From contig NC_042997.1 of assembly GCF_006345805.1 (NCBI RefSeq), positions 189,906,001 to 189,970,000 of the forward strand: a DNA stretch of 64,000 nucleotides. Reading direction: 5' to 3'. The notes beneath the pieces are model-generated. The model saw only the letters and a list, made by a program, of their open reading frames with translations, ran no database searches and was not told the DNA's origin. Both the position numbers and the translations under genes were made by a program. Below, in pieces: positions 1 to 13,176 of the stretch. The first letter of the stretch is position 1, and each line of letters starts with the position of its first letter. Origin of the DNA: Octopus sinensis. Taxonomy: Eukaryota.

Positions 1-617
1 TATCAACCTAGTATTTAAATATAAATGTTGAACCAACAAATGGAAGAAAAATGCCAAACCCTTCACACAAAAGATAAAACAACGTAAAAGTAGGCATATG
101 TAAATTAGCCTATTTAATTTAAATCCGCCTTCGGTTATCACGGGAGATAAATTAAATTAAAATCAATTTGGGATTTAAAAAATCAAGCTGGTAACTCGAG
201 GTATATTGACAAAAAATTACAATAATAATAATCAGAAAAAATTTAAATAAGCTAAGTTATTTTATTTTCTGAAAAAGGAGTGAGAATATTGTAATTAGAT
301 TATATTTGTCATTTAAATACTGAAAACTGCCAATTGTAATATCCACAATGATAAAACCGAAGATATTATCTTAGGATTGCTACATATATTATAGAAGTGC
401 GGTGTTGTAGATTTTGATCACCTTCCCCAAAAATAGTGTAATATATTCATACACACGATATTACAAATCTAAATTCATATCTTTTAATGCACCAAAATAA
501 TCGTACTAAGATAATCATATCTACTCTCTATTAATATTTATCATTATTATTCACAAAAGTGGTTTATAAATGTTCTATAGATAGTTATAATTAATATACT
601 GAAGTAGTATATATATA

Positions 618-663
<46 letters not shown>

Positions 664-667
664 TGTT

Positions 668-929
668 AAGGCGCGTGGTTTAATGGTTAGGGCATTCGAC
701 TCACGATTCTAAGGCGTTAGTGCCCTTGAGCAAGACACTTTGTTTCACGTTGTACCTGTATTTCGAAGGGCCTTGTCACATTCTGTGTCACGATGAATCT
801 CCCCGAGAACTACGTTAGGGGTACACGCGTCTGGGGATTGCTCAGCCACTTGCACCTTATTTTCACGAGCAAGCTTGCTCCGTTGATCGTATCAGCTGGG
901 ACCCTCGTCATCGTAACCGACGGAGTGCT

Positions 930-930
<1 letters not shown>
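668..930 (+). mobile_element. tRNA-derived SINE, head type D joined to tail type C
   Basis: A-box-like tggtttaatggttagg and central ccttgagcaagacactt segment as in the element at 39156-39482; the 3' part gagaactacgtta...gacggagtgct matches the tail at 37060-37405 and 62468-62847. Confidence 0.8.
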
Positions 931-967
<37 letters not shown>

Positions 968-1147
968 TGATAGATCGTTAGCCACTACACACTTTTTTTC
1001 TCTCCTTGTTTTTTCTGTATCCCTTTCTGTAGAAGAGCGTAGGCTCGAAACGTAAAAGACTTTTTCTATTCCTGAGCGTTATACTAATACATCTGTTTGT
1101 TTTGTACACCACCTGTCTCCGTCTTTTGATTTTTTCGTAAACTCTCC

Positions 1148-1150
<3 letters not shown>
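968..1150 (+). mobile_element. HH-1: ~185-bp dispersed non-coding element carrying an HHR-like motif (probable PLE terminal-repeat derivative)
   Basis: Seven related copies in the window (968, 14252, 19520, 30398, 32039, 38385, 38760); this copy is flanked on both sides by (TA)n. Confidence 0.8.
1023..1058 (+). ncRNA. Minimal type I hammerhead-like motif, variant core CUGUAGA
   Basis: cttt-CTGTAGA-A-gagc/gtag/gctc-GAAAC-GTA-aaag: stem I cttt/aaag, stem II gagc/gctc, NUH triplet GUA. Confidence 0.6.
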
Positions 1151-1206
<56 letters not shown>

Positions 1207-1800
1207 GTATAATAGTATTTACTTCATAATTTTCCTTTATGCTTATGTTGCCGTATTAACGAATGACATCTAAACGGTGTAACACTAAAACACCAATAAT
1301 AATTAACAACTAAATCTTATCCATTACTAGAAATTATCCAATAAAAAGCAATAAATCATGTTAATCATATATTTATACAATAAAACGTCAGAGATAATGC
1401 ATAAATATAGCACTCTTATACAAAAGTCGATTTCCTGATTCAGGTAATCTGACTGTATGGAATGCGTTCCATACATCTAAGATTATCAAATCCGGAAATT
1501 ACCAAAATAATGGAGAGCTGAATTCGCCATAAGGAACAGCTGAGTACTGGAGTTCGGAAAAATGCTACGTCACTCCGTAAGTAAGTAAAAGAATCGTGTT
1601 AATGTAACTGCCATAGGCAAGGAACTGCAATGTTACATTAATCAATGTACATATTCTGAGTCAGATCACAATGGAAGATTTCTATTATTGCCAGTTTGCA
1701 TATGCGTTACATATCATCCCTCGTACAGCCATACGGCTATAAATGAGATACTTCAACTCCTAGATAGGAAAAACTATAAAAAGTGACCTACATTTACGGG

Positions 1801-1866
1801 CGTTTCGAACTTGCTATCCCTCGACTGCGAGTCCGCTGCTCTAACCACTAGGCCATGTGCTTCCAC
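1801..1866 (-). mobile_element. Isolated tRNA-like SINE head (type C)
   Basis: Reverse complement gtggaagcacatggcctagtggttagagcagcggactcgcagtcgaggga closely matches the head at 26352. Confidence 0.7.
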
Positions 1867-2012
1867 GTATCATGTTGTAGATTTCGCCAATTAATTTACG
1901 TGTCAATGTTGTCGAGAAGAGACATAAACATCGTTTTGGCCCTTTTACCCTTGATTCAACGAAACATCGAGTATGTGACAACTCTCAATCAGCTTAAAGG
2001 AGCTGTTAAGAC

Positions 2013-2325
2013 CATGGTTCTCAAACGAGGTCCATAGGGTCCCTGAAGGTCTATATAATATTTGGATGTGGGACAGCACGCAGCAAAATATTATTTTAAG
2101 GGCCCCTGAAAAATAATTTGTTTTAAATGTATTTATTAGTACGTATTGCAAGAAACAGCCAGGCTTCTTTCTCTAACATTTTACACAGTTCAGTATACAC
2201 AAGATAACGTGAGAAAAACAAAATAGGAAAACTAGTTTTTAAACCGCGAATGGAGGGTGGGGTCCAAAATAACAGAATAGTGATAAGAAAAAAGTCCATA
2301 GGCAATAGATGGTTGAGAACCCCTA
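2013..2325. mobile_element. Possible hAT-type MITE
   Basis: Imperfect terminal inverted repeats catggttctcaaac / ggttgagaacccct of the CAGGGGTTCTCAACC type; no matching 8-bp TSD seen. Confidence 0.4.
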
Positions 2326-2531
2326 ATGATTAGGAAGAAGAGACCGATTATGAAAATAATCTGACAAATAAGGCGGCGCAAAGGTTTTCCAGCCAACATA
2401 GAGCTATTATACAATCCGACTTGTTTTCCGGTCCATGAGGGCCAGTCATCAAATCTGATGACTTGAGCTCGATGAAAGCAGCCGAATGAAAACGAGTACA
2501 ACAGTACACAAATGGAATTTTTCAGGAAGTA

Positions 2532-3097
2532 TTAGGTTGTCCGCAAAGTTCGTGCCGATTTTTAAAGGAAAGAAAAAGGTCAATAAATACTTGCCATTAC
2601 ATTTTTAATCAACCAAATATGAACCATTTTGTTACACAATGCGTCTCCATCTTTCCTTTAACTTGAAAATACCCTCTTCCCAGAATTGAGGTGGTTTCAT
2701 GGCAAAGAATTCATCAAGGTATCTTTTTATGTCATCCAAGGAATTGAAATTTTTACCATTAAGACTATTCTGCAGAGACCTGAATAAGTGGAAATCCGAA
2801 GGAGCAATATCTGGTGAATATGGAGGGTGGGGTAACACATCCCAGCCGAGCTGCAGCAATTTTTGCCTGGTTCCCAAAGCATCAAGTGCTGAAAATGAAC
2901 TTTCTTATCTTCCCTTTTAAAGGGTTACAGAATTAACGCAGGTTATAGGAACGTAAACCTTCTTCCACGAAAAGATAGCTTAAACTGTGCTCTAAATGGA
3001 GGTGTAGTCAAATCTTATTTTATGGACTCAACCATGTTCTAAAATAAATCGAAATATATGCTACTATAAATCGGCACGAACTTTCCGGACAACCCAA
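2532..3097 (-). mobile_element. Internally deleted mariner element (copy 1)
   Basis: ~30-bp TIRs (tt[a/g]ggttgtccg[c/g]aaagttcgtgccgattt), TA at both ends, and transposase C-terminus LGWDVLPHPPYSPDIAPSDFHLFRSLQNSL at 2632-2877. Confidence 0.95.
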
Positions 3098-3269
3098 TAT
3101 TTAGGAATTCAGTTGAACGAAGGCGCAAATACTTCGCTTGTGATGGAATCGATGGGGAGAGTTCCTTTGTGTTGATAGAGTTACTCTACAAGAACGGACA
3201 ATTTAAACGAGTTATGTCCTCTTTTGGATTATTTTTGGGTAAACCTGCGAGTGTATATAAATATAATAT

Positions 3270-3990
3270 ATACCTGTGTGTGTATGTCTGTATCTGTGTG
3301 TGTGTGTGTCATTACGTAAGTTTTTTTGTATGTGCTATCTTAGTATCTCTTCTTGAATCATTCACTCTACCTCCATCTTTCTCACCTTTCTATCTTACAC
3401 CATTTCTCTGTACACCTACCCGCCCAAAACACAGCCACACATACACCCACCCACACGCGCGCGCAAACGCACACACAGATAAACACACGCAAACACATAC
3501 ACACACAAACACACATATGAAATGTGCACAGAGGGAAAGAGAGAATATGAGAAAATGAGTGAGAAATAGAGTTAATGAAAGGTAATGAAGGAGGGAGTGA
3601 GAAAGAATGTTTCCGTGTGTATTTATGTTTCTCTGTGTGTGTGTGTGAGTGTGTGTGAGTGTGTGTGAGTGTGTGTGTGTGTGAGTGTGTGTCAATGTGT
3701 GTGTGTGTCAGTGCGTGTGAGTGAGTGTGTGTGTGTGATTGTGTGTGTCAGTGTGTTTGTCAGTGTGTGTGAGTGTGTGTGTGTGAGTGTGTGTGTGTCA
3801 GTGTGTGTGTGTATGGGTGTGTGTGTGTGATAGAGTGAGAGACAGAATAAGAGAGAGACAGAGTGAGAGAGAGAGAGTGAGAGAGAGACAGAATGAGAGA
3901 GCGTGAGAGAGAAAGAGAGAGATATATATATAAAGAGAGAGAGAGAGAGAGATATAGAACTTGCTTTTTCTGTTTTCTTTCTCACAAACA
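3270..3990. repeat. Compound (CA)n/(GT)n/(GA)n microsatellite region
   Basis: Direct reading of the sequence. Confidence 0.9.
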
Positions 3991-4499
3991 TTATGAAACA
4001 ACGTTTGTTTTACTGTTTCTAAAATAAGCGTTCGTTCGCCTCCTGATTGGTATCTCGTCTGAACAGTAATACGCGTCTACAGGAATTTTCGCCAGAGTAT
4101 AATGGCAATCATTGGTTTTAGGGAAAAAAGCTGCCGACATTCGTCGCTCTCATATACAATCAGACCATTGAAGAGAAATATGGAAATGAATTCGGTCTAT
4201 TCAATTTCCATCAAAATTCACCCAGTCGCGTGGGCTCCATAAGGTCAAATCTTCAAAAAGAATGTCCCAGGTATATGTAATGAGATATCTTAAGAGAACG
4301 TTAGCAACAGAACAACAAAGAGGTGAGTATCAGCGGCAATGAAATCAACAACATAATGAGAACAAGAACAACTGCTGTAACACCTACAGAACAAAAGCGC
4401 TTGATTGAAAAACACTCTAACTTGATCTATTTATGTCTCACTCTCTCTTCTTTCCCTTTAGAACTCTCTCCGTATATATATATATATAATATATATCGT

Positions 4500-5690
4500 G
4501 GCACTCTTCTAGTACTAGAAGAAAATCCCTATCGACAAATAAAGGGCACGGCTATGGGTACGCGGTTTGTGCCCTCATATGCAAACTTAATTATGGGGGT
4601 ACTTGGAAGACAAACTTTATGAGTAAGTAGAAGAAACTTTTGATCAGGAGTACGAGAAATATATCATTAAAAATTGAAACGGTTCCTTGATGATTGCTTC
4701 ATCTTCTGGGATAGATCGAATGAAGATCTAAGTATATTTAACAATATACCGAACACACTTCACCCATTCCTCAAATTCACGACAGAATGCAGTTGCAATG
4801 AATTACCATTCCTGGATATCTACATAAAATTACAGAACATCCGCAGTCACAACAGACATATTTTACAAAAAATCTGACACACACCAATATTTAAAGTTCT
4901 ACTTATAGCATGGCAAGACGCATCTCTGCTATAGTGACTGACCCCAAAATACGTGAAATCCGATTCAACGAACTCAAACGCTTCCTCATAATGAAGAAAT
5001 ACCTCTTAATGAGGGAATTAGAATGTCGATGAAACTGAACATCACACAACTAGGGATACCCAAGGAAAAAATTTAAATGAAAACACGATTCCGTTCGTTA
5101 ACACAGGCAGTCCTGGAATAACCAATATCTTTGACGCCATAAAATTGGACTTACCTATACTCCTACAAAGTCCCAAAATGAAAAATCTGATCGAAAGAAA
5201 CACCTTACGGAATAGTAAACGCCAAGCAGAAAATCTTAAAAAACACCCCACAAGGGAGAGAATTCAAATCAGAGAAGGAATCAGAATTCTTGGTAAATAA
5301 ATGTGGCGATAGTAGGAGATGCAACGACAATTTCAAATACTTAGAAAGTGGTTCCCACATAAATTCAAGAGCGGATCCCTTTTCAAAATAAATGCAGATA
5401 TGAACTGCAAAACGCAAAACCTCATTTACTGCATTATCTTCCCAAACTGCAAAGAAAATTACATTGAAGAAACAAATAATTCCCTCTGCCAACGTGCAAG
5501 AATCCACAGGTAACATGTCCGACAAGAGGAATTACGCAAGATTCCATTAAGCAAGCATCTGGAAATATGCAGCGACGGAAAATTCAAAATTTTTCCCTTT
5601 TTACAAATGTGCACGCGACGATCCGCAATACCGAAAAGTAATGGAACTACATTGTCATCAAAAAATCATCTCCAAAATTGAATGTTTATC
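4500..5690 (+). mobile_element. Degraded Penelope-like element: RT plus C-terminal GIY-YIG endonuclease
   Basis: YRQIKGTAMGTRFVPSYANLIMG, KRFLDDCFIFW and LPFLDI (PLE RT motifs); NLIYCIIFPNCKENYIEETNNSLCQRARIH (GIY-YIG-like); multiple stops and frameshifts. Confidence 0.9.
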
Positions 5691-6146
5691 TCCAAAATTG
5701 AAAGCAGAGAGAGATATATTTTATATTCTAAAAATAATTCAAATATCGGAAACATAACGCTCATCTCTGTAAGTATTCAGGTGTATATGTGAGGCATTGG
5801 ATATTCTGAACTTTGCGTGTTTTTCTAGTTTATAAGTGTTATACTAATGTTCTCTAATGCAAAAACATGAAATTGAAAGAGGCGTGATTTTGCTTTTCAA
5901 TGCAAAACATTGATGTTAACACAGTATAAACATGGACATGTTCTCAAACACACACACACACACACAAACAAACACACACACACATACACACTCCATCAAG
6001 GGATTCTTTCTAAAACTGAATGTTTGAAGGTTAAGCGGATAATTTGCATTTTTTATTCCAAATGTGACTCATCTCTACAAATGTTCAGGTATATAATATA
6101 TATGTAGCATTGGGATGTTCTGGCTTTGCGTATATTATATATATAT

Positions 6147-6234
<88 letters not shown>

Positions 6235-6317
6235 TACATATACCATATACATATACATATTATATATATATAATATAATTTATTATATTTAAATTTTTTA
6301 TTTGTAAATATTATAAT

Positions 6318-6487
6318 AGGCGCAGGAGTGGCTGTGTGGTAAGTAGCTTGCTAACAGCCACATGGTTCCGGGTTCAGTCCCACTGCGTGGCATCTTGGGC
6401 AAGTGTCTTCTGCTATAGCCCCGGGCCGACCAATGCCTTGTGAGTGGATTTGGTAGACGGAAACTGAAAGAAGCCTGTCGTATATAT

Positions 6488-6527
<40 letters not shown>

Positions 6528-6748
6528 TTGTGTGTCTGTGTTTGTCCCCCTAGCATTGCTTGACAACCGATGCTGGTGTGTTTATGTCCCCGTCACTTAG
6601 CGGCTCGGCAAAAGAGACCGATAAAATAAGTACTGGGCTTACAAAGAATAAGTCTCGGGGTCGATTTGCTCGACTAAAAGGCGGTGCTCCAGCATGGCAG
6701 CAGTCGAATGACTGAAACAAGTAAAAGAGTAAAGAGTAAAAGAGTAAT
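6318..6748 (+). mobile_element. tRNA-derived SINE family A with internal (TA)n(TG)n tract
   Basis: B-box-like ggttcagtccc, central cttgggcaagtgtcttctgctatagcc, and tail ending aaacaagtaaaagagt; more than 10 copies in the window. Confidence 0.85.
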
Positions 6749-7276
6749 GTTACTTCATACAGGAATAAAAAACATCAAAGACAGTACATTCTGTATTCTA
6801 AATGTATCTCAAAGAAGAGAAAAAGGACGAAAGAGGAAAAAAGAAGGAAAGAGGCGAACTGGAAGAAAGAGAAAAGAAAAAAAACAAAACAGGAAAGAGA
6901 GAAAGAAAGCAAAACGACTTTCGGTGATGATCACACCACACCTGTTGTTTTTTATTTTCTGTAGTGATTACCATCCTTTAAACCCATTCCAAGTGTAAAT
7001 GACCAAATAAAGAATGGCGAATAGGAAGGGGGATCCCCCATCTTTCTCTCCCTGCCTATCTATTTTTTCATTTCTCTTTTCTTTTGTTCCTTTTCCTTCT
7101 TTTTTTCTTTTTGCTTTTTTTTCTTTTATTTTTTGTTCTTTTTTCCCTTTTACAATCCCTTTTGATCGAAAACCTACGCCACCTTTTTTTAATTTTTTTT
7201 TCATCGCCCAAAAGAAAAGCTCTACCTTGTAACTTGTCCCATCTGTGTGCAGCCCTGTGTGGCCAATAAAGAAACT

Positions 7277-7353
7277 TATCTATCTATCTATCTATCTATC
7301 TATCTGTCTATCTATCTATCTATCTATCTATCTCATCTATCTATCTATCACTC

Positions 7354-7420
<67 letters not shown>

Positions 7421-7425
7421 TTATC
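7277..7425. repeat. (TCTA)n tetranucleotide microsatellite
   Basis: Direct reading of the sequence. Confidence 0.95.
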
Positions 7426-8054
7426 CATCTGCATGAAACCCCACCCAAAAGAAACAAAAACAATGTTCACTTCTTCTAATTCCCCCCCAAACCCCCCCAT
7501 CTGTTTTATATAAATGAACAAGCTGTACATTCAGAAAATTTTATTTGACAAGTTCGAGAAACGAACGAAAGCGCTAATAATAATGAAGAAATAAAAAGAT
7601 TTTTTCAAAAATTCTGACGACCTTTTTTCTCAATATTCAATTTCTGTACACCACACGTAACACTCTATATATACATACATACATACTACATACATACATA
7701 CATACATACATACATACATACATACATACATGCATGCATGCACACACATACATACATACATACATACTACATACATACATAAAACATAAATACATACATA
7801 AACACATACATGCACACACATACATACTACATACATACATACATACATACATACATACATACATACTATATACATACATATATACATACATATGAAGATA
7901 TATATATATAGAGAGAGGTTATCAGATTTAGTGGTGTCAATAAGACCCAAAGGTGTCAGGTAATGCTGAGTAAGTGCTATGGATATAGTGAAGCTCCCAC
8001 CGAACTGAATCTTATACATACATACATTCATACATACATACATACATACATACA

Positions 8055-8165
<111 letters not shown>

Positions 8166-8361
8166 GATATGAGAGTTAATGGTGTTATTGAGACCCAAAT
8201 ATGTGAGGTAATATTGAATAAGTGGTATAGATAGACCATTGTTAAGTTCCAGGTTCGGTGTGATTATGCGAATAAGGGTCCAACGTAGGCCAATGTCAGC
8301 GTCTGTATATAATTTTTTTTTTCGTAATGAGATAAAAAACCAAAACTGTGTAGATTTTAGA

Positions 8362-8461
8362 NNNNNNNNNNNNNNNNNNNNNNNNNNNNNNNNNNNNNNN
8401 NNNNNNNNNNNNNNNNNNNNNNNNNNNNNNNNNNNNNNNNNNNNNNNNNNNNNNNNNNNNN
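8362..8461. other. 100-N scaffold gap flanked by a near-identical direct duplication (7523-8361 vs 8462-9300)
   Basis: Both copies start ctgtacattca and end actgtgtagattttaga; differences are mostly indels and repeat-length changes. Confidence 0.9.
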
Positions 8462-8757
8462 CTGTACATTCAAAAAATTTTATTTGACAAGTTCGAAACG
8501 AACGAAAGCGCTAATAATAATGAAGAAATAAAAGATTTTTCAAAAATTCTGACGACCTTTTTTCTCAATATTCAATTTCTGTACACCACACGTAACACTC
8601 TATATATACATACATACATACATACATACATACATACATACATACATACATACATACATACATACATGCATGCATGCACACACATACATACATACATCAT
8701 ACATACATACATACATACATACATACATACATACATAAACACATACATGCACACACA

Positions 8758-8789
<32 letters not shown>

Positions 8790-8993
8790 CATACATACAT
8801 ACATATATACATACATATATACATACATATGAAGATATATATATATAGAGAGAGGTTATCAGATTTAGTGGCGTCAATAAGACCCAAAGGTGTCAGGTAA
8901 TGCTGAGTAAGTGCTATGGACTATAGTGAAGCTCCTACCGAACCTGAATCTTATACATACATACATTCATACATCCATACATACATACATACA

Positions 8994-9025
<32 letters not shown>

Positions 9026-9318
9026 CCCACCACAACACACACACACCACACACACAACACACACACACACACAACACACACACACTATATATATATATAT
9101 ATATATGAATGAGAGTTAATGGTGTTATTGAGACCCAATATGTGAGGTAATATTGAATAAGTGGTATAGATAGACCATTGTTAAGTTCCAGGTTCGGTGA
9201 TTATGCGAATAAGGGGTCCAACGTAGGCCATATGTCAGCGTCTGTATATAATTTTTTTTTTCGTAATGAGATAAAAAACCAAAACTGTGTAGATTTTAGA
9301 ACAGTTTTAGATAGAAGG

Positions 9319-9364
9319 TCTTACAGCTGTTTCCAGGATATTTATTATATCCCTTCATCGGAGA
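9319..9364 (-). ncRNA. Hammerhead-like motif with CCGAUGA core
   Basis: tct-CCGATGA-A-gggatat/aataa/atatcct-g-GAAAC-agct-GTA-aga; the stem III segment acagctgt is a perfect palindrome. Confidence 0.45.
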
Positions 9365-9709
9365 GGGTGTGAGAGGATGGTTAAGTAATAGTTAATTTAA
9401 ATAGGATAAAAAATAGGGAGTGGGGTGGAGGAAAGAAAATAGACGTGAGATATGTAGGGATATTGTATTTGTAAATCCATTTTTTTTAAGGCAGAATAGT
9501 ATACATATAAGATTCCAATACCTTATGAGTAAAATCCAAGAGTATTTAAAATTGGTCATTCCAAATATAGAGTTTATACACAGTGTTATTGAATCAAGGG
9601 TTTTATTTAAAGTGTCCTAAAAATAGGGAGTGTATTAGTAGGGTCCCTTTATCGGAGACGGTGTGAGAGGATGGTTAAGTAATAATTAATTTAGATAAGA
9701 TACAAAAGA

Positions 9710-9778
9710 AACAACCTTCCCCAGAGGGTAACTTTCTAGGTGCAATTCCATGGTCATTCATGACCGAAGGGAGTCTCC
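9710..9778 (+). mobile_element. 3' fragment of SINE tail type D
   Basis: Reverse complement of the 39156-39230 segment. Confidence 0.7.
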
Positions 9779-10101
9779 CTCCCATTTTATTGACCGCCCG
9801 CATTACCGTCATCATAACCACCGCTACCGTAAGTCCCTTCAACATCACCACCACCATCCCAACATCACTACCGCTCCAACACTAACACCACTGCCACTAC
9901 ACAATTTTCGCCATTACCAATGCTATCCTTACTACCACCAGCACCACCACTGATTCTAAAAACCATCGCGTTTCACATATTGTGCCCTGTAATCTCCACA
10001 AAGGCATCTCTGATTCAGAAACCTTAATTACCATCTTCATGATCACCAAGTATTTTGAATATATGATGAAACCTATCCAAAGAGTAATTCCACCTATATT
10101 T

Positions 10102-10702
10102 ATTTCTTTACTACACACAAGGGGCTAAACATAGCGGGGACAAACAAGGACAGACAAAGGGATTAAGTAGATTACATCGACCTCAGGGCGAAACTGGTAC
10201 TTTATTTATCGAGCCCGAAAGGATGAAAGGTAAAGTCGACCTCGGCGGGATTTCTACTCAGAACGTAAACGACAGACGAAATACCTATTTCTTTACTACC
10301 CACAAAGGGCTAAACACAGAGGGGACAAACAAGGACAGACAGACGGATTAAGTCGATTATATCGACCCCAGTGCGTAACTGGTCCTTAATTTATCGACCC
10401 CAAAAGGATGAAAGGCAAAGTCGACCTCGGCGGAATTTGAACTCAGAACGTAACGGCAGACGAAATACCTATTTCTTTATTACCCACAAGGGGATAAACA
10501 CAGGGGAGACAAACAAGGACAGACAGACGGATTAAGTCGATTATATCAACCCCAGTGCGTAACTGGTCCTTAATTTATCGACCCCAAAAGGATGAAAGGC
10601 AAAGTCGACCCCGGCGGAATTTGAACTTAGAACGTAACGGCAGACGAAATACCGCTAAGCATTTCGCCCGGCGTGCTAATGTTTCTGCCAGCTCGCCGCC
10701 TT
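10102..10702 (-). mobile_element. SINE family B: one head followed by three tandem 184-bp units
   Basis: Units 10102-10284, 10285-10468 and 10469-10652; head aggcggcgagctggcag at 10653-10702. Confidence 0.85.
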
Positions 10703-11619
10703 CATTCCACCTTTATATTATGATAATCACTAGCATATCTGAGACCTGTGACGCCTAAGTCGATATTTTCTAGATTACTTCGAAATAAAAGACGCTCATG
10801 GGATAAGGCTAGATTCCAATGAGAAATGATTAGCAGTTAGCATGATCCCTTCCAATCTCCTTTTTGTTTTGTCATTACGTTTATGATATTATTTGATAAA
10901 TCTAATTTACTGACTCCGTAAGCTCTTGTAAATTTAATCTTCTTTGGTAACTTTAGTGTTTATTGATTCCAAATGCCACACTAATCACTTTATCCGACCA
11001 TTTTCTTAAGAATAATATCGCCAAAGAATTTCTTTCTTTTTCAGTATTTTAGAAATTGACCTCAGTGAAATGAAATATTCAACACAATAATGTCATCCAG
11101 GTATTTTCTGGTATTTTTTTTTCTTTGGTTATTTAGAACTAGACAAAGTAGTAAAATCACTCAACATAATCTTTGCAAATATTCTCAAAGATTAATACTA
11201 TTAATGCTCAGTTAGAAATGTCGAGGAGCGTAAGATATTTCAGACACTGGATTGTCGTAATATTTCAGAGGAATCTGTGTGTGTGTGTGTGTGTGTGTGT
11301 GTATTTGTATGTGTATGTATGTGTGTGCATGTGTGTGTGTATGTGTAACCTGTGTTTGCGTACGTGTTGTTTATTCTGAATTTTTTTTGCGTTTCCTTTT
11401 GAATTAGCTTCATCAATGGAACTTTGGAATTATCGAAATAGTTATGCAAGCAGTGCCATTTTCCTGGATGAGCAATACAATCAGCTAAGTACCAATTCTA
11501 CCAATTCTCAGAGACGAGAACCAAAAAATGAAGCTTTAAACTGTTTTTTTTTATCAATGTAAGTGATAAATTTTATTATATTTATATATATATTTATATA
11601 TATATTTATATATTTCACC

Positions 11620-12180
11620 AGTGTGAAATTAACAGTGGACCTTGAAGCAATCCAGAGAAGATTCACAAAGAAGATTGTCTCTTTGCAACAGCTCAGCTAC
11701 TGCGAAAGATTGAAACAGCTAAGACTCTACTCCCTGGAGAGAAGACGGGAGAGGTATGCAGTAATATATATCTAGAAGTTCCTGGAAGGGACTGTGCCAA
11801 GTTTTGGCATTGAAAGGTAGACCAATGCCAGAACAGGACGACACTGCATAGTGCCAAAGATCCCAGTAATCCCATCACGCTTCAGGACCAGTTACTGCAA
11901 CAGCCTGGGTTTCAAGGGCCCACAGCTTTTTAATATTCTCCCAAAGAGTCTAAGGAACTTGCACAATGTAGATGTAGGGGTTTTTAAATCAAAGCTGGAC
12001 CTCTTCCTATCGAGAGTCCCAGATGAACCTACCTCACGGCAAGAGGCACAAATGAGGGTAGCTATATCAAACTCCATTCTTCACCAAGTGCCACATATTA
12101 GAGGAGGCTCCTAGAAAATAACAGTGTAGCGCGAAACGGTGGTGCATCAGCATGGCCGCAGCTCTGAGCTGAAACTAGAG
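11620..12180 (+). mobile_element. 3' fragment of a CR1-group LINE ORF2
   Basis: DLEAIQRRFTKKI...SYCERLKQLRLYSLERRRERY and NSLGFKGPQLFNILPKSLRN...FKSKLDLFLSRVPDEP, typical of the post-RT region of CR1/L2-group LINEs; in-frame stops. Confidence 0.8.
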
Positions 12181-12471
12181 AGAAAAACATATAGCAAGAA
12201 GCAAAATTTTATTATGCAGCATATTCTTGTATTCGAGGTAGTCTAGAGTATCATGCAGTTAGTTGCAAACTAGTAACAGTCAAGATGTAAACAAGGGAAG
12301 GGAAAACATTATACGTTATTTAATCTATACATATATTGAAGCACAATTTGTTCAATTAGAGTAAGCACATTGTTCAATATTTAATTTATTCATACCTAAA
12401 TATAAAATTAATTTAATTACGCTATATATATATATATGTACAGTACACAATATATATATATATAATTACTA

Positions 12472-12546
<75 letters not shown>

Positions 12547-12883
12547 ATATATATATATATATATAGATATATGTATATATATAACAAGATAAAAAATGGA
12601 GAAATACATCTAAATCAAATATCAATTACCAGATATATATATATCTATATATCTATAGACATAGATATATATATACATATATGTTTGTGTGTCTGCATAT
12701 GTGTGTGTATGTGTGTGTACACCACAAAATGATAGAAATTATTATACAAATCTTAATTTAATTAACAAAACCTGCCACTGGAAAATTGAATATAAATGTC
12801 TGCGAAAATTAGACGAAGAACTAAAAATATGATTAATATTACAGACAATACGTATTTTATTTAATGTACGTATCTCTCTCTCT

Positions 12884-13176
12884 CGCCCTTTTCAAGCCTA
12901 GCCAGGCTCATAGGCCCGGTTTCCCGGTATCTGGGGCGCATGTGCCCCCCCCCCCAGCTGGACGGGACGCCAGTCCATCGCAGCGTTACTCAAGAAACAG
13001 GAAGAGAGAGTGAGAGAAAGTTGGGGCGAAAGAGTAACACCCCCCCCTGCCGGAAGCGCATGGAGCTTTAGGTGTTTTCGCTCAATAAACACACACAACG
13101 CCCGGTCTGGGAATCGGAACCGCACTCCTTCGACCGCGAGTCCGCTGCCCTAACCACTAGGCCATTGCGCCTCCGC
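12884..13176 (-). mobile_element. SINE with head C and an alternative tail (ctgcgatggactggcgtcccgtcc type)
   Basis: Head and body match 62700-62847; the tail matches the copy at 26352-26660. Confidence 0.8.

Noticed and set aside
1444-1576. Segment between an AG and a perfect gtaagt donor (GNLTVWNAFH...)
   Set aside because: All three frames contain a stop.
6684-7269. Lys/Arg-rich and Phe-rich ORFs (similar ones at 27906-28474 and 43541-44039)
   Set aside because: Low-complexity purine or pyrimidine tracts with no domain signature or splice support.
10102-10702. Regularly spaced repeats resembling a CRISPR array
   Set aside because: Whole 184-bp units are repeated with no unique spacers, the context is eukaryotic, and there are no cas genes.
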